A DNA stretch of 64,000 nucleotides from contig CAYUBE010000001.1 in assembly GCA_964442965.1 (NCBI GenBank), forward strand, positions 3,301 through 67,300, in the 5' to 3' direction. The notes under the pieces were generated by a model that worked only from the letters and a program-made list of their open reading frames with translations, made no database searches and was not told where the DNA came from. Shown one piece after another: positions 39,530 to 48,317 of the stretch. The DNA is from an uncultured Candidatus Saccharibacteria bacterium. Lineage in GTDB: Bacteria; Patescibacteriota; Minisyncoccia; UBA6257; 2-01-FULL-56-20. The position numbers and the translations under genes were made by a program. The stretch's first letter is position 1. Each line of letters begins with the position of its first letter.

Positions 39530-41086
39530 TTATTTCAGCCCGATGTTAATTGCCTGTTCGCCTTCGGTTGCGCCGGAGACGATCTCCACGTTGCCGTTCT
39601 CGTCCGATATGCCGAGGGTTACGGGGTTCTGAACCACCGCACCGTTCACGAGGGTTTCCACGAATGTGCCACTGTCGTTCTGAAGGATCGCATACTGCGG
39701 CAGGATCAGGACGTTATTTTTCGTCTGCGTCGTGATGTCGAGGTTCGCCGTGAGGCCGCTCTTCATAAGAGGATCGCTCTTATCGAACGCCACCTTGACC
39801 TCGTAATCAACGACGCCGGAAATGATCGTCTGCGCGGGGTCGATGTAGAACACCTTGCCGGTGAATGTTTCATTCGGAAAGGCATCGAAAGTCATTGAAA
39901 CGATGTCACCTATTGAAACTTTGCCGATATCGACTTCCGGGACGTCGGCGTCAACTTCAAGTTCGTTTGCGGCAATCAGCGAAACGACCGGAACGCCCGG
40001 CGATGCGATCTCGCCGACTTTCGCATTTTGCGTCGTGATAATGCCGCTCATGGGAGCCGTGAGCGACGCTTCGTTGATCTTCACTTGAATATCCTGGACG
40101 CTTGCCTCTGCCTGTTCGACTTGCGCCGCCTGGGCGTTAATGTCCTCTTGGGTCGAACCGGCAAGGGTCACATTGAGCGCCGCTTGGGCCTGTGCTACCG
40201 AAGCCTTTTCCGAGGCGATGCTCTGCATGAGGGCATTGACGTTCCCGATCGAGGTGTTCACTTCATCGAGACCGGTCGTGACATCGGTTTTGTAGGTGGT
40301 TGCCGTGGATGGCGTTACATCAGTCGTGTTGACGATGGCATTCAGTGCGGTTGTGAGAAGATTTTTTATGACGGCAAGATGAGCAAGCGTATCCTGTAAT
40401 GCCGTATCAAGCGTTGATGACGGCGTTGCGCCCGTTATGTTCTGATCTTCTCCCTGCCATGCGTTGAGCTCGGTGCTCGCTTCGATCCGGTCGAAGGTGA
40501 TGTTGTTCGCGATTTGGGAGTCGCTGATGGGGAACGTGAGCTGGGGGCTGTTTGTCTCGGCGTTCACGAAAAACGAGCTTAATTGATTGCGGACTGCATC
40601 GTTCGCATTCGCGTAAGCGCTCGTGACCACGTTGGGGACACTCGCATAGGAATTTTCGAGAGTTTGCCTCGCGCTTGCGAGAGCGGTCTGTGATACGGCG
40701 ATGTTCTGCGGCGTCGGGCCAACTTGGAGTTTTTGGAGTGTTGCGGTTTCGGCATCTACATTCGCCTGAGCTTCCGCGAGCTGGGCGGCCAGGTCTTGCG
40801 TGTCGAGCCTCGCGATAACGTCGCCGGCGTTCACGTGATCGCCTTCACTATAGTGCACGGCCGCGATGGTGCCGCCATTCTCAAAAGCGAGATTAACGCT
40901 CTGGGTTGAGGTGACGTTTCCGGTGACACTCACTGTTTCCGTGATCGAGCCTCGTTTTACGGTGACGAATTGATAGGTTGCTTTATGCGATCGGGCAATC
41001 AGAAACCAGGCGCCGCCTCCAACTATGATGACGACAAGCGCGATACCCGTTTTTGTTTTTAGAAAACCAAAATTTTTTTTGAACAT
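39530..41086 (-). CDS. HlyD/MacA-family periplasmic adaptor (long coiled coil)
   Basis: N-terminal TM anchor, biotinyl-like lipoyl half-domains, extended alpha-helical region. Confidence 0.8.
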   Translation of the reverse strand: MFKKNFGFLKTKTGIALVVIIVGGGAWFLIARSHKATYQFVTVKRGSITETVSVTGNVTSTQSVNLAFENGGTIAAVHYSEGDHVNAGDVIARLDTQDLAAQLAEAQANVDAETATLQKLQVGPTPQNIAVSQTALASARQTLENSYASVPNVVTSAYANANDAVRNQLSSFFVNAETNSPQLTFPISDSQIANNITFDRIEASTELNAWQGEDQNITGATPSSTLDTALQDTLAHLAVIKNLLTTALNAIVNTTDVTPSTATTYKTDVTTGLDEVNTSIGNVNALMQSIASEKASVAQAQAALNVTLAGSTQEDINAQAAQVEQAEASVQDIQVKINEASLTAPMSGIITTQNAKVGEIASPGVPVVSLIAANELEVDADVPEVDIGKVSIGDIVSMTFDAFPNETFTGKVFYIDPAQTIISGVVDYEVKVAFDKSDPLMKSGLTANLDITTQTKNNVLILPQYAILQNDSGTFVETLVNGAVVQNPVTLGISDENGNVEIVSGATEGEQAINIGLK

Positions 41087-41103
41087 GATCTTTGTTAATT
41101 TTT

Positions 41104-41352
41104 TTACTTCTTTTTTATCAGTTTTCTGACCGATGCAAGATGTTCGGTAAGATGGGACGCCATCGCTTCGAACCGAGACGCTTTCATAATGACGAGTATC
41201 TTGTCATGATTGCCCATGACGATGAGTTTCTCGCCTCTCGTGAGCTTCATGGCGGCACGCGCCTCGGCAGGGATCACAATCTGCCCCTTTTCTCCAAGTG
41301 TCGTTATACCGAGAAATTTTTTGGGAACCGTCGGATGGCTTGACTTGTTCAT
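41104..41352 (-). CDS. AbrB/MazE/SpoVT-family DNA-binding protein
   Basis: GQIVIPAEARAAMKL swapped-hairpin motif; 82 aa. Confidence 0.7.
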   Translation of the reverse strand: MNKSSHPTVPKKFLGITTLGEKGQIVIPAEARAAMKLTRGEKLIVMGNHDKILVIMKASRFEAMASHLTEHLASVRKLIKKK

Positions 41353-41429
41353 ATCTGATACTTTACCATGAAGGGGTAGCGAATAACAAGTAGGAAAAGT
41401 AGGAATATTCGTATGTTAGTATCATAGCT

Positions 41430-42224
41430 ATGCCATCCATCATTGAAGTTAAGAATTTAACGAAAACCTTCGACGGCATGACGGCGGTGGATAATATTTC
41501 ATTTGACGTTGCCAAGGGGGAGATATTCGCGTTTCTTGGGCCGAACGGTGCAGGAAAAACGACAACGATCAAGATGTTGACCACGCTGCTCACGCCGACA
41601 TCCGGCGAGATTGTGCTGGATGGCAAGAATCCGGCGCGCGACGAGAGCGGTGCCCGAAAATCATTCGGTATCGTGTTTCAGGATCCGAGCTTGGATGACG
41701 AGCTTACCGCCCTTGAAAACATGGAATTTCATGCGGTGCTTTATAAGATACCGAAGGACGTACGAGATTCGCGCATCGAGGAATTGATGAATTTTGTGGA
41801 GCTTTGGGACAGGCGGAATGACTACGTGAAGGAGTTTTCCGGCGGTATGAAGCGGCGGCTTGAGATCGCGCGGGGGCTTTTGCATCATCCGAAAATATTA
41901 TTCCTCGACGAGCCGACGACAGGCCTCGATCCGCAGACGCGAAACCATGTATGGAGTTATATAGAGGATCTGAATAAAAAGGAGCAGATCACGGTTTTCT
42001 TCACAACGCATTATATCGAAGAAGCAGATCGGGCTGCGACGCGCGTTGCTATCATGGATCATGGAAAGATCGTCGCACGAGGGACTCCGAACGAACTGAA
42101 AAAGCAGACCGGCACGGAGCTTCTGGAAGATGCATTCATCAAATTGACGGGATATGACATCCGGAAAGAGTCGGCCGGAGCGGATCACATGCGCACCCAT
42201 GCAAAGGTCTGGGGAAGGCGGTGA
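41430..42224 (+). CDS. ABC transporter ATP-binding protein (DrrA-like)
   Basis: Walker A GPNGAGKTT, signature FSGGMKRRLEIA. Confidence 0.9.
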   Translation: MPSIIEVKNLTKTFDGMTAVDNISFDVAKGEIFAFLGPNGAGKTTTIKMLTTLLTPTSGEIVLDGKNPARDESGARKSFGIVFQDPSLDDELTALENMEFHAVLYKIPKDVRDSRIEELMNFVELWDRRNDYVKEFSGGMKRRLEIARGLLHHPKILFLDEPTTGLDPQTRNHVWSYIEDLNKKEQITVFFTTHYIEEADRAATRVAIMDHGKIVARGTPNELKKQTGTELLEDAFIKLTGYDIRKESAGADHMRTHAKVWGRR

Positions 42225-42338
42225 TAAAAATATCTAATTTCTAATACAATGGCGAATGTCAAAAATGAATTAACTTTTTTAGGATTGGACATTTCATTGG
42301 AAATTAGGAATTAGATATTAGAAATTTTTCGAATTACC

Positions 42339-43085
42339 ATGTCTGCCATCTATATTCTCTGGCTTCGCCAACTTAAAAGATATTTCCGCTCGACGGCGCG
42401 GATGATCGGTTCGATCGGCCAACCGGTGCTGTTTTTGGTCGCGCTCGGTTTCGGTTTCGGGCCGATTTTTCAAAAAGCAGGCGGCGGCGATTATCTCCAA
42501 TTTCTCGCACCCGGCGTGATTGCGATGGGCATTCTCTTTACAGCGATGTTCATGGGCATCGAGATTATCTGGGACAAGCAATTCGGATTTTTGAAGGAAA
42601 CGTTGGTTGCTCCGGTGTCGCGGATGTCCATCATGCTCGGGCGGACCTTGGGCGGCGCGACGGTCGCGTTGGCGCAGGGCATTCTGGTGTTTCTTATTGC
42701 GTGGGCGATTGGATTTCGCCCAAGCTTCGCCCTGATCGGCGTCGCGTTTGTTTTCATGATTTTAATTTCGATGCTGTTCACCGGCATCGGTACCGCGATT
42801 GCCTCGGTCATGGATGATATGCAAGCATTCCCGCTCATTATGAACTTTCTCGTCATGCCGACATTTTTTCTCTCGGGCGCGCTTTTTCCTCTCTCGGGTT
42901 TGCCGAATATTATCACGCTCATCGCTCGCATTGATCCCTTGTCCTACGGCATCGACGGACTTCGCGGCGCACTCGTTCCCGGTTCGATCCAATTCGGTTT
43001 CTGGTTCGATTTTGGCGTGCTCGGCGTGATCACGCTCGTCATACTTGGCATTGGTGCCTATCTCTTCTCGAAGATCGAAATCTAG
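42339..43085 (+). CDS. ABC-2 type transporter permease
   Basis: six TM helices, ABC-2 family layout downstream of ATPase. Confidence 0.85.
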   Translation: MSAIYILWLRQLKRYFRSTARMIGSIGQPVLFLVALGFGFGPIFQKAGGGDYLQFLAPGVIAMGILFTAMFMGIEIIWDKQFGFLKETLVAPVSRMSIMLGRTLGGATVALAQGILVFLIAWAIGFRPSFALIGVAFVFMILISMLFTGIGTAIASVMDDMQAFPLIMNFLVMPTFFLSGALFPLSGLPNIITLIARIDPLSYGIDGLRGALVPGSIQFGFWFDFGVLGVITLVILGIGAYLFSKIEI

Positions 43086-43291
43086 CGGACGATCTAAAAG
43101 TTCCAATCCCGCACAGTCGACCTGTTACCAAGTTTGGTAACCTCACTTAATCTCCAAAAGATTAATAAAATAGCACCTCGTCTCCTTGCAGAAATTATTT
43201 TCGAGCAGTGGAGCACTGAGCGGAGTGAACGCCTGCAAAAAGAAATGGAGACGAAAAGGGGGCAACAGCAGGGTAAAATCGCAAAGAAATG

Positions 43292-43316
43292 AAAATCCGC
43301 ATGATGCGGATTTTTT
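43292..43316 (+). terminator. intrinsic terminator AAAATCCGCATGATGCGGATTTTTT
   Basis: perfect hairpin + T-run. Confidence 0.6.
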
Positions 43317-43475
43317 GTCAGAGATCTTACGGAATCCGTTGTAGGTATGCACATTACCCGAATATATCGACGAATTCTATTTTCTATGTTAAAACGGAAT
43401 CGAGCAAAGTGCTCAACTAGCGGAATGTTAGTTCTTTGAAAATTTAAAGCTACGGAATGTAGTAGGAGATTTTAG

Positions 43476-44474
43476 ATGAAAGTTACTTCAGACAAAAACA
43501 GCAAATTGCTTGCTCAGTACCCCTTTTTGTACTCGATGTTTCATCTTACGATGGAACCGCTTCACGGCAATGACGATGATGATTGCGCCATCGACGATCT
43601 TTCTATCCACGTCGAAACAGCAGACGGCACCTTAATGTTCCGAAGAGCCGAAAATGTTGGACTCAGGGAAAATAGTTGTATCTTCTTTCTTGACGGGAAA
43701 CGTAAAGGGCAGGTAATGAAACAGGGAGAATATCTCTTCGCTGTTGACGCAAACGGTAAAATCCTGAACCGTCTCGATTGGCCGAGAAACGAACATGACC
43801 GGCGGAATCAAAAAGGTGAGGTATATGGCTACCATGTCTTTTGGAAGTCCAGATATCAAAGCCATTTTGAAGAACCACTGTTTGATGAGACAAAATACCT
43901 TGTATGGATCAAGATACAATGCTGGCATAAGGATTCCAAAGATGATTCTGCCCCTCCTTATAGATTCGGAGAATTCAAGGATCGTTTGGTAGATATAACC
44001 ATTTACCAGAAACCAGAAGGGGGGTTTGATAAACTTAAGCAAGACTCTAATTTCGCTGAACATCTTTATCTCGATGAAAAGCTGATTATAAGAGCAGCGC
44101 TTGAGAGAAACATTGATATTCTCATATTAGAAAGTAGACTTACTGAGTTATGTCGGTTGTTCCAAGATGATGTTTATCAGAATGGAATGAAAGAAATTCT
44201 GGACCAAGGGAATGTTCGTGGAGCCTCAGGTAGGTTCGGTAATGTAGAAGTCCTCTGTGCTGAAATGTGCGGGTACGATCGGGTTGTGCTTGAAGACAAA
44301 AACTGTTGGATCAGTTTTCAGCTCCGTCCAGGATCATCAAATCTCTATGTGTTAGGAATGGGAGGCACCCTTCCTCAACTCAGGAATGTTATAAAAACGG
44401 TTGTGAAGGTGTGGAGTAGCGATCCTAAAAGCCGCTCCGAATTCAAACCGAATAAAGAACTATCGGTTCTGTAA
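43476..44474 (+). CDS. hypothetical protein, AT-rich island gene 1
   Basis: 332-aa ORF, lower GC than flanks, no recognised domain. Confidence 0.5.
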   Translation: MKVTSDKNSKLLAQYPFLYSMFHLTMEPLHGNDDDDCAIDDLSIHVETADGTLMFRRAENVGLRENSCIFFLDGKRKGQVMKQGEYLFAVDANGKILNRLDWPRNEHDRRNQKGEVYGYHVFWKSRYQSHFEEPLFDETKYLVWIKIQCWHKDSKDDSAPPYRFGEFKDRLVDITIYQKPEGGFDKLKQDSNFAEHLYLDEKLIIRAALERNIDILILESRLTELCRLFQDDVYQNGMKEILDQGNVRGASGRFGNVEVLCAEMCGYDRVVLEDKNCWISFQLRPGSSNLYVLGMGGTLPQLRNVIKTVVKVWSSDPKSRSEFKPNKELSVL

Positions 44475-44494
44475 GATATAGGATTCATAAAACT

Positions 44495-44528
44495 GGGCTT
44501 CGCAAATTCTGCGGAGCCCAAATTTTTT
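44495..44528 (+). terminator. intrinsic terminator GGGCTTCGCAAATTCTGCGGAGCCC + T-run
   Basis: hairpin followed by AAATTTTTT. Confidence 0.55.
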
Positions 44529-44653
44529 ATAACCAAGGCAGGAAGTACGGGCCTAGCCGGTCAGGAAAAGGTTCCGTAATGAAAAAGTGCCTTCGATTTA
44601 TTGAGGGCACTGTTTTTTTGGTTTTATTTCATATACGCTTCTCTCTCGCTTGC

Positions 44654-44679
44654 ATTCCCTTATGGCTTCCTCCAATTTT
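44654..44679 (+). repeat. island repeat R1 (partial: ATTCCCTTATGGCTTCCTCCAATTTT)
   Basis: 26-nt identity to start of R2. Confidence 0.5.
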
Positions 44680-44762
44680 GGAAATTTACTATCCCGAGTC
44701 GGGCTCGCTCCATAATCAGCCTTGTATTTTGAGTACATCATAAAGCAATCTGGCCCAAAGTA

Positions 44763-44779
44763 TGGTATAATGAGACATG
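44763..44779 (+). promoter_or_regulatory. extended -10 promoter TGGTATAAT with ATG 6 nt downstream (leaderless)
   Basis: TATAAT 44766-44771; ATG 44777. Confidence 0.4.
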
Positions 44780-45061
44780 GAAACCTTGGAGAAAAAATCG
44801 TTATTCTGGGATGTTCAAGCTTTGAATCCCGAGAAAGAAAAGAATTTTATCATTACGCGTATCTTGAATTTCGGCGATACGGATGACTTTGCATGGGCCA
44901 TGCAATTCTACGGCCGTGATAAGGTCGAAGAGGTTCTGCAGAAGAGCACGCAATTGGACAAGAAATCGTTTTCTTTTTGGTGTCGGTTTTTCACTATTGA
45001 TCCATCAACATGCATCGAGAAGCAATCAACGAATCAACCGAGCGCGTTCTCGCAAAGATAG
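44777..45061 (+). CDS. hypothetical small protein (possible cognate partner/antitoxin of downstream NTase)
   Basis: 94 aa, overlaps downstream NTase gene start by 52 nt in another frame. Confidence 0.35.
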   Translation: METLEKKSLFWDVQALNPEKEKNFIITRILNFGDTDDFAWAMQFYGRDKVEEVLQKSTQLDKKSFSFWCRFFTIDPSTCIEKQSTNQPSAFSQR

Positions 45062-45624
45062 CCGGTCACGTCAAGGACGATTTTTATCTTGCGGGTGGCA
45101 CGGCGCTCGCGATCCAGTTGGGCCATCGGTTGTCCATAGACTTGGATTGGTTTTCGGCAAAAGATTTTCCGCGCACGGCTCTCCGGGAGACGCTTTCCGC
45201 GGTGGGGCGTTTTGAGTTGACCGGAGAAGAAGAGGGGACGATGCACGGCCTCCTGGATGACGTGCGCATCAGTTTTTTACGGTATGCGTATCCATTACTT
45301 TTCCCGTTAGTTGCCTTTGAGGGTGTGGAGCTTGCTGATGAGCGCGATATCGCCGCCATGAAGCTCGACGCGGTATCCTCACGGGGCAGCAAGAAGGATT
45401 TCATCGATATTTATTTCCTGCTCAAAAAATATTCCTTGCCGGAGCTCTTAGAAATATTTGAAAAGAAGTATGCTGGTATAAAGTTCAATCGGCTCCATAT
45501 CCTCAAGAGTTTGTCATATTTTGAAAATGCGGAGGATGAGCCGATGCCGATTATGCTCGAGCCTGTTATATGGGAGGACGTTAAAAGAAAGATCGTTGCG
45601 GAAGCCGATCAGATTTTGAGGTAG
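45010..45624 (+). CDS. AbiEii/AbiGii-family nucleotidyltransferase (type IV TA toxin-like)
   Basis: FYLAGGTALAIQLGHRLSIDLDWF motif (GGTAL ... R.S.DiD) characteristic of AbiEii NTases. Confidence 0.6.
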   Translation: MHREAINESTERVLAKIAGHVKDDFYLAGGTALAIQLGHRLSIDLDWFSAKDFPRTALRETLSAVGRFELTGEEEGTMHGLLDDVRISFLRYAYPLLFPLVAFEGVELADERDIAAMKLDAVSSRGSKKDFIDIYFLLKKYSLPELLEIFEKKYAGIKFNRLHILKSLSYFENAEDEPMPIMLEPVIWEDVKRKIVAEADQILR

Positions 45625-45709
45625 TATTTTCCCTTGATGATCGATTTCGTCACAGACTAGAAATGCGTGGTCATTGACGCAGCTCCTTTCCATTGATCTT
45701 CTGCTTAGT

Positions 45710-45772
45710 ATTCCCTTATGGCTTCCTCCAATTTTCTTAAATCTTCTTTGAATTGGTTCCAAATGACACACG
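45710..45772 (+). repeat. island repeat R2 (ATTCCCTTATGGCTTCCTCCAATTTTCTTAAATCTTCTTTGAATTGGTTCCAAATGACACACG)
   Basis: ~80% identical to R3; contains CCAATT...AATTGG inverted repeat. Confidence 0.55.
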
Positions 45773-45925
45773 CATAGTGCACTGTGCACTGTACGGGATT
45801 TTGACTGCTAAAATCCTGAATCAGCTCGAATACACAACCTAATTTTGTGGTTTCAAATCCTTGGCTTCGAATCAGGTGAATACATGCTCGCGAGTGGTTG
45901 TTTTATCTTTTTGACGTGATATCCT

Positions 45926-46642
45926 TTGAATATGAAAATGGAAGGGTTCGGCGGTCCTATCGGTAGGAAATATGCAGAAATAGACCTCGCTGGCCGAAAG
46001 GCATTGAGTGAGGGGGAAATACAGAAATTTGAGGGCTTTCCTGAAAATCTCAAAAAACGTTTCAATGTTTCGGCGCGATTCACTTCTGATTCAGAAAAAG
46101 AATTTGCCGAGCGCGTGGTGCGACCCGTTAAAGATATCGCGGCACAGTTAGGCATTGATTTTATTGTTGCAGGCGAAGATTTCCCTCTTCACAGCACTAT
46201 GCTAGAGGGGCTTTATCAGGGTGCCGATGAAGCGGAGCGCCAAACATTATTTTCTGATTTAAAAGATAACATTTCTTTTCAGGAGCGACTCAATGCCCTC
46301 AATGGTCTCGAAGTTCCCTACAAATATCTCCTTATGGACAGGGGAAATATAATTCTCAATTCGGTTGAGATTCCTTATAGCATTCTTGAAATTCGAGAGT
46401 TCCTTACGAAATATTATGCGGAGCAAAAACTGAAACCCCTTGCGATGGACAATATCCTCCATATTAGTGCCGCACGCATGATCAAATTACCGGAAGAAGA
46501 ACGGGAAAAATCTTTTACCGAGTACAAAGGACGCATGGTCGAACTGAGGCATTCGATCTCTTCGACGCCGTTGTCCCTCAAGATGGACCATTTCTATTCA
46601 GGGTCAACACTTCAACTGTTAAAAAGCTCCTCGGAGAGTTGA
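45926..46642 (+). CDS. 2H phosphoesterase superfamily protein (LigT-like)
   Basis: two H-x-T/S-x motifs (PLHSTML and ILHISAA) ~95 aa apart; 238 aa. Confidence 0.5.
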   Translation: MNMKMEGFGGPIGRKYAEIDLAGRKALSEGEIQKFEGFPENLKKRFNVSARFTSDSEKEFAERVVRPVKDIAAQLGIDFIVAGEDFPLHSTMLEGLYQGADEAERQTLFSDLKDNISFQERLNALNGLEVPYKYLLMDRGNIILNSVEIPYSILEIREFLTKYYAEQKLKPLAMDNILHISAARMIKLPEEEREKSFTEYKGRMVELRHSISSTPLSLKMDHFYSGSTLQLLKSSSES

Positions 46643-46861
46643 GCTTTTTGGCATCGCATCAACATCGCTGCATGCATCCCCGTGCGGGATGCCCGGAGTT
46701 TTGGCGCCTTGATCGGATCAGCGCACTGCTCGTTTTCATGTTATGGCATCCTCGATTCGAATCTTCGTCGAGATACTTATGTGCGGTTGTAAAGTCAGAC
46801 TCCCTTGAGAGTCAGTGGTGGACGCGAGACCTCATAAGACTGATCGTTTACACCGTTTTAC

Positions 46862-46924
46862 ATTCCTTTATAGCTTCCTCAGATTTCTTGAGATCTCCTT
46901 TGAATTGGTTCCAGCCGACACACG
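46862..46924 (+). repeat. island repeat R3
   Basis: ATTCCTTTATAGCTTCCTCAGATTTCTTGAGATCTCCTTTGAATTGGTTCCAGCCGACACACG vs R2. Confidence 0.55.
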
Positions 46925-47040
46925 TCCGCCGCATTATTCTTTTCATAAGCGGAAGGTTTCATCTTGGACAATCTGAGCGGAGGTGAGACATCTCTTTTAA
47001 TAAGCGGAGGGTTTCTTTTCTGAAAGATTATTATCTCTGG

Positions 47041-47103
47041 CAAAAAGGATGTCCGTCCTGCGGGACCGTGAGTTGAAGCCCCGTAGGATGGACGTCCTTT
47101 TTG
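47041..47103. terminator. long imperfect inverted repeat AAAAAGGATGTCCGTCCTGCGGG ... CCCGTAGGATGGACGTCCTTTTT (bidirectional terminator-like)
   Basis: ~22-bp arms with G-U wobbles, A-run/T-run flanks. Confidence 0.5.
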
Positions 47104-47198
47104 CGTCTCCATCTTCTGGAAAACGGGAAAACCGGAGCCCTTGCGTTATTTTTTGGTATAGTGTACAATATATGCATAAAAATAAATCATCTTAATCA

Positions 47199-48233
47199 AT
47201 GGCAACACTTCCCAAGATTATTGCGAATGCACTGGCAGAATTAAGCCCTCGACAGAAGGATGTCGTTACGGCTCGTTTTGGGCTTGAAGGAAAAAAAGAA
47301 GGCGCGACGCTTGCGGCAATCGGCGACCGGCTTCATATCACACGGGAACGCGTGCGGCAGATCGAAAAAGGAGCGATGGCTACGGTAGCGAAGAATGTTC
47401 TGAAGCATGATGAGACCGTTGCCACGCTTGCGAAAATCAGGAATTATATTGCGGGGAAGGGGGGAGTTGCCGGCAAGGCCGATGTCGCAACGTATGCTGC
47501 AACGCTCGTCAAGGGGATGGGTGTCGCCCAGCTCGATTTTCTGGCCGAGGCGTCGGGAACTTTTTCGGCGCGCCGCGATGACGATGATTTCGTGCCGCTC
47601 TACGTGAGCGATAACAAAGACTGGAAAGCTGCAAAATCTTTCACGGAAAAGTGGACCGGAATGCTTCGTTCCCGCCGTGGGCAGGTCTTCTCGGGATCGT
47701 ATCAAGCGGAGCTCGCGAGCTTCGTAAAGGAGAACGCCGTTCCATCCGCCGTCGCGGAAAATTATCTTGGCCTCACGAAGCGTCTCGGGAAAAATCCCTA
47801 TGGCGATGCGGGACTTTCGGATTGGCCGGAGATCAGCCCGAAGACCGTTCGCGACAAGATTTACCTCGTTCTCAAAAAGAACGGCGATCCGCTCCATTTC
47901 GAGAGTATCGCCCGGCGCATCAATGAAGTGAAATTCGATGACAGCCGGAAAGCACTAGGTCCGACAGTTCATAACGAGCTCATTAAGGATGATCGGTTCG
48001 TTTTGGTTGGCCGCGGCATGTACGGCCTTCGCGAGCATGGCTACGAGCCAGGAATCGCGCGCGAAGTGATCGCTAAAGTACTCAAGGAGAAGGGACCGAT
48101 GCTTGCGAAGGACGTCGTCATGCACGTGACCAAACAGCGTTTCTTTAAGCCGAATACGGTAGTCATCAATCTCCAAAACAAGACTCTGTTTGAACATCTG
48201 CCGGACGGCAGGTATCGCGTGCGGGAAGCATAG
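47199..48233 (+). CDS. sigma-70 region-4-like HTH domain protein with uncharacterised C-terminal domain
   Basis: LSPRQKDVVTARFGL...TLAAIGDRLHITRERVRQIEKGA region-4 HTH; 344 aa. Confidence 0.55.
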   Translation: MATLPKIIANALAELSPRQKDVVTARFGLEGKKEGATLAAIGDRLHITRERVRQIEKGAMATVAKNVLKHDETVATLAKIRNYIAGKGGVAGKADVATYAATLVKGMGVAQLDFLAEASGTFSARRDDDDFVPLYVSDNKDWKAAKSFTEKWTGMLRSRRGQVFSGSYQAELASFVKENAVPSAVAENYLGLTKRLGKNPYGDAGLSDWPEISPKTVRDKIYLVLKKNGDPLHFESIARRINEVKFDDSRKALGPTVHNELIKDDRFVLVGRGMYGLREHGYEPGIAREVIAKVLKEKGPMLAKDVVMHVTKQRFFKPNTVVINLQNKTLFEHLPDGRYRVREA

Positions 48234-48317
48234 GTTCGGAGTCGAACTCCGGAGATCTCGGGCGGCTTTGTTCGGAGTTCGACTCCGAACGGGTGTGATC
48301 CGTGTTACAATAATCTC

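Noticed and set aside
46639-46986. 115-aa ORF after the 2H phosphoesterase gene
   Set aside because: It spans the island repeat R3 and a terminator, it is Cys/His/Arg-rich, and it is most likely a chance ORF.
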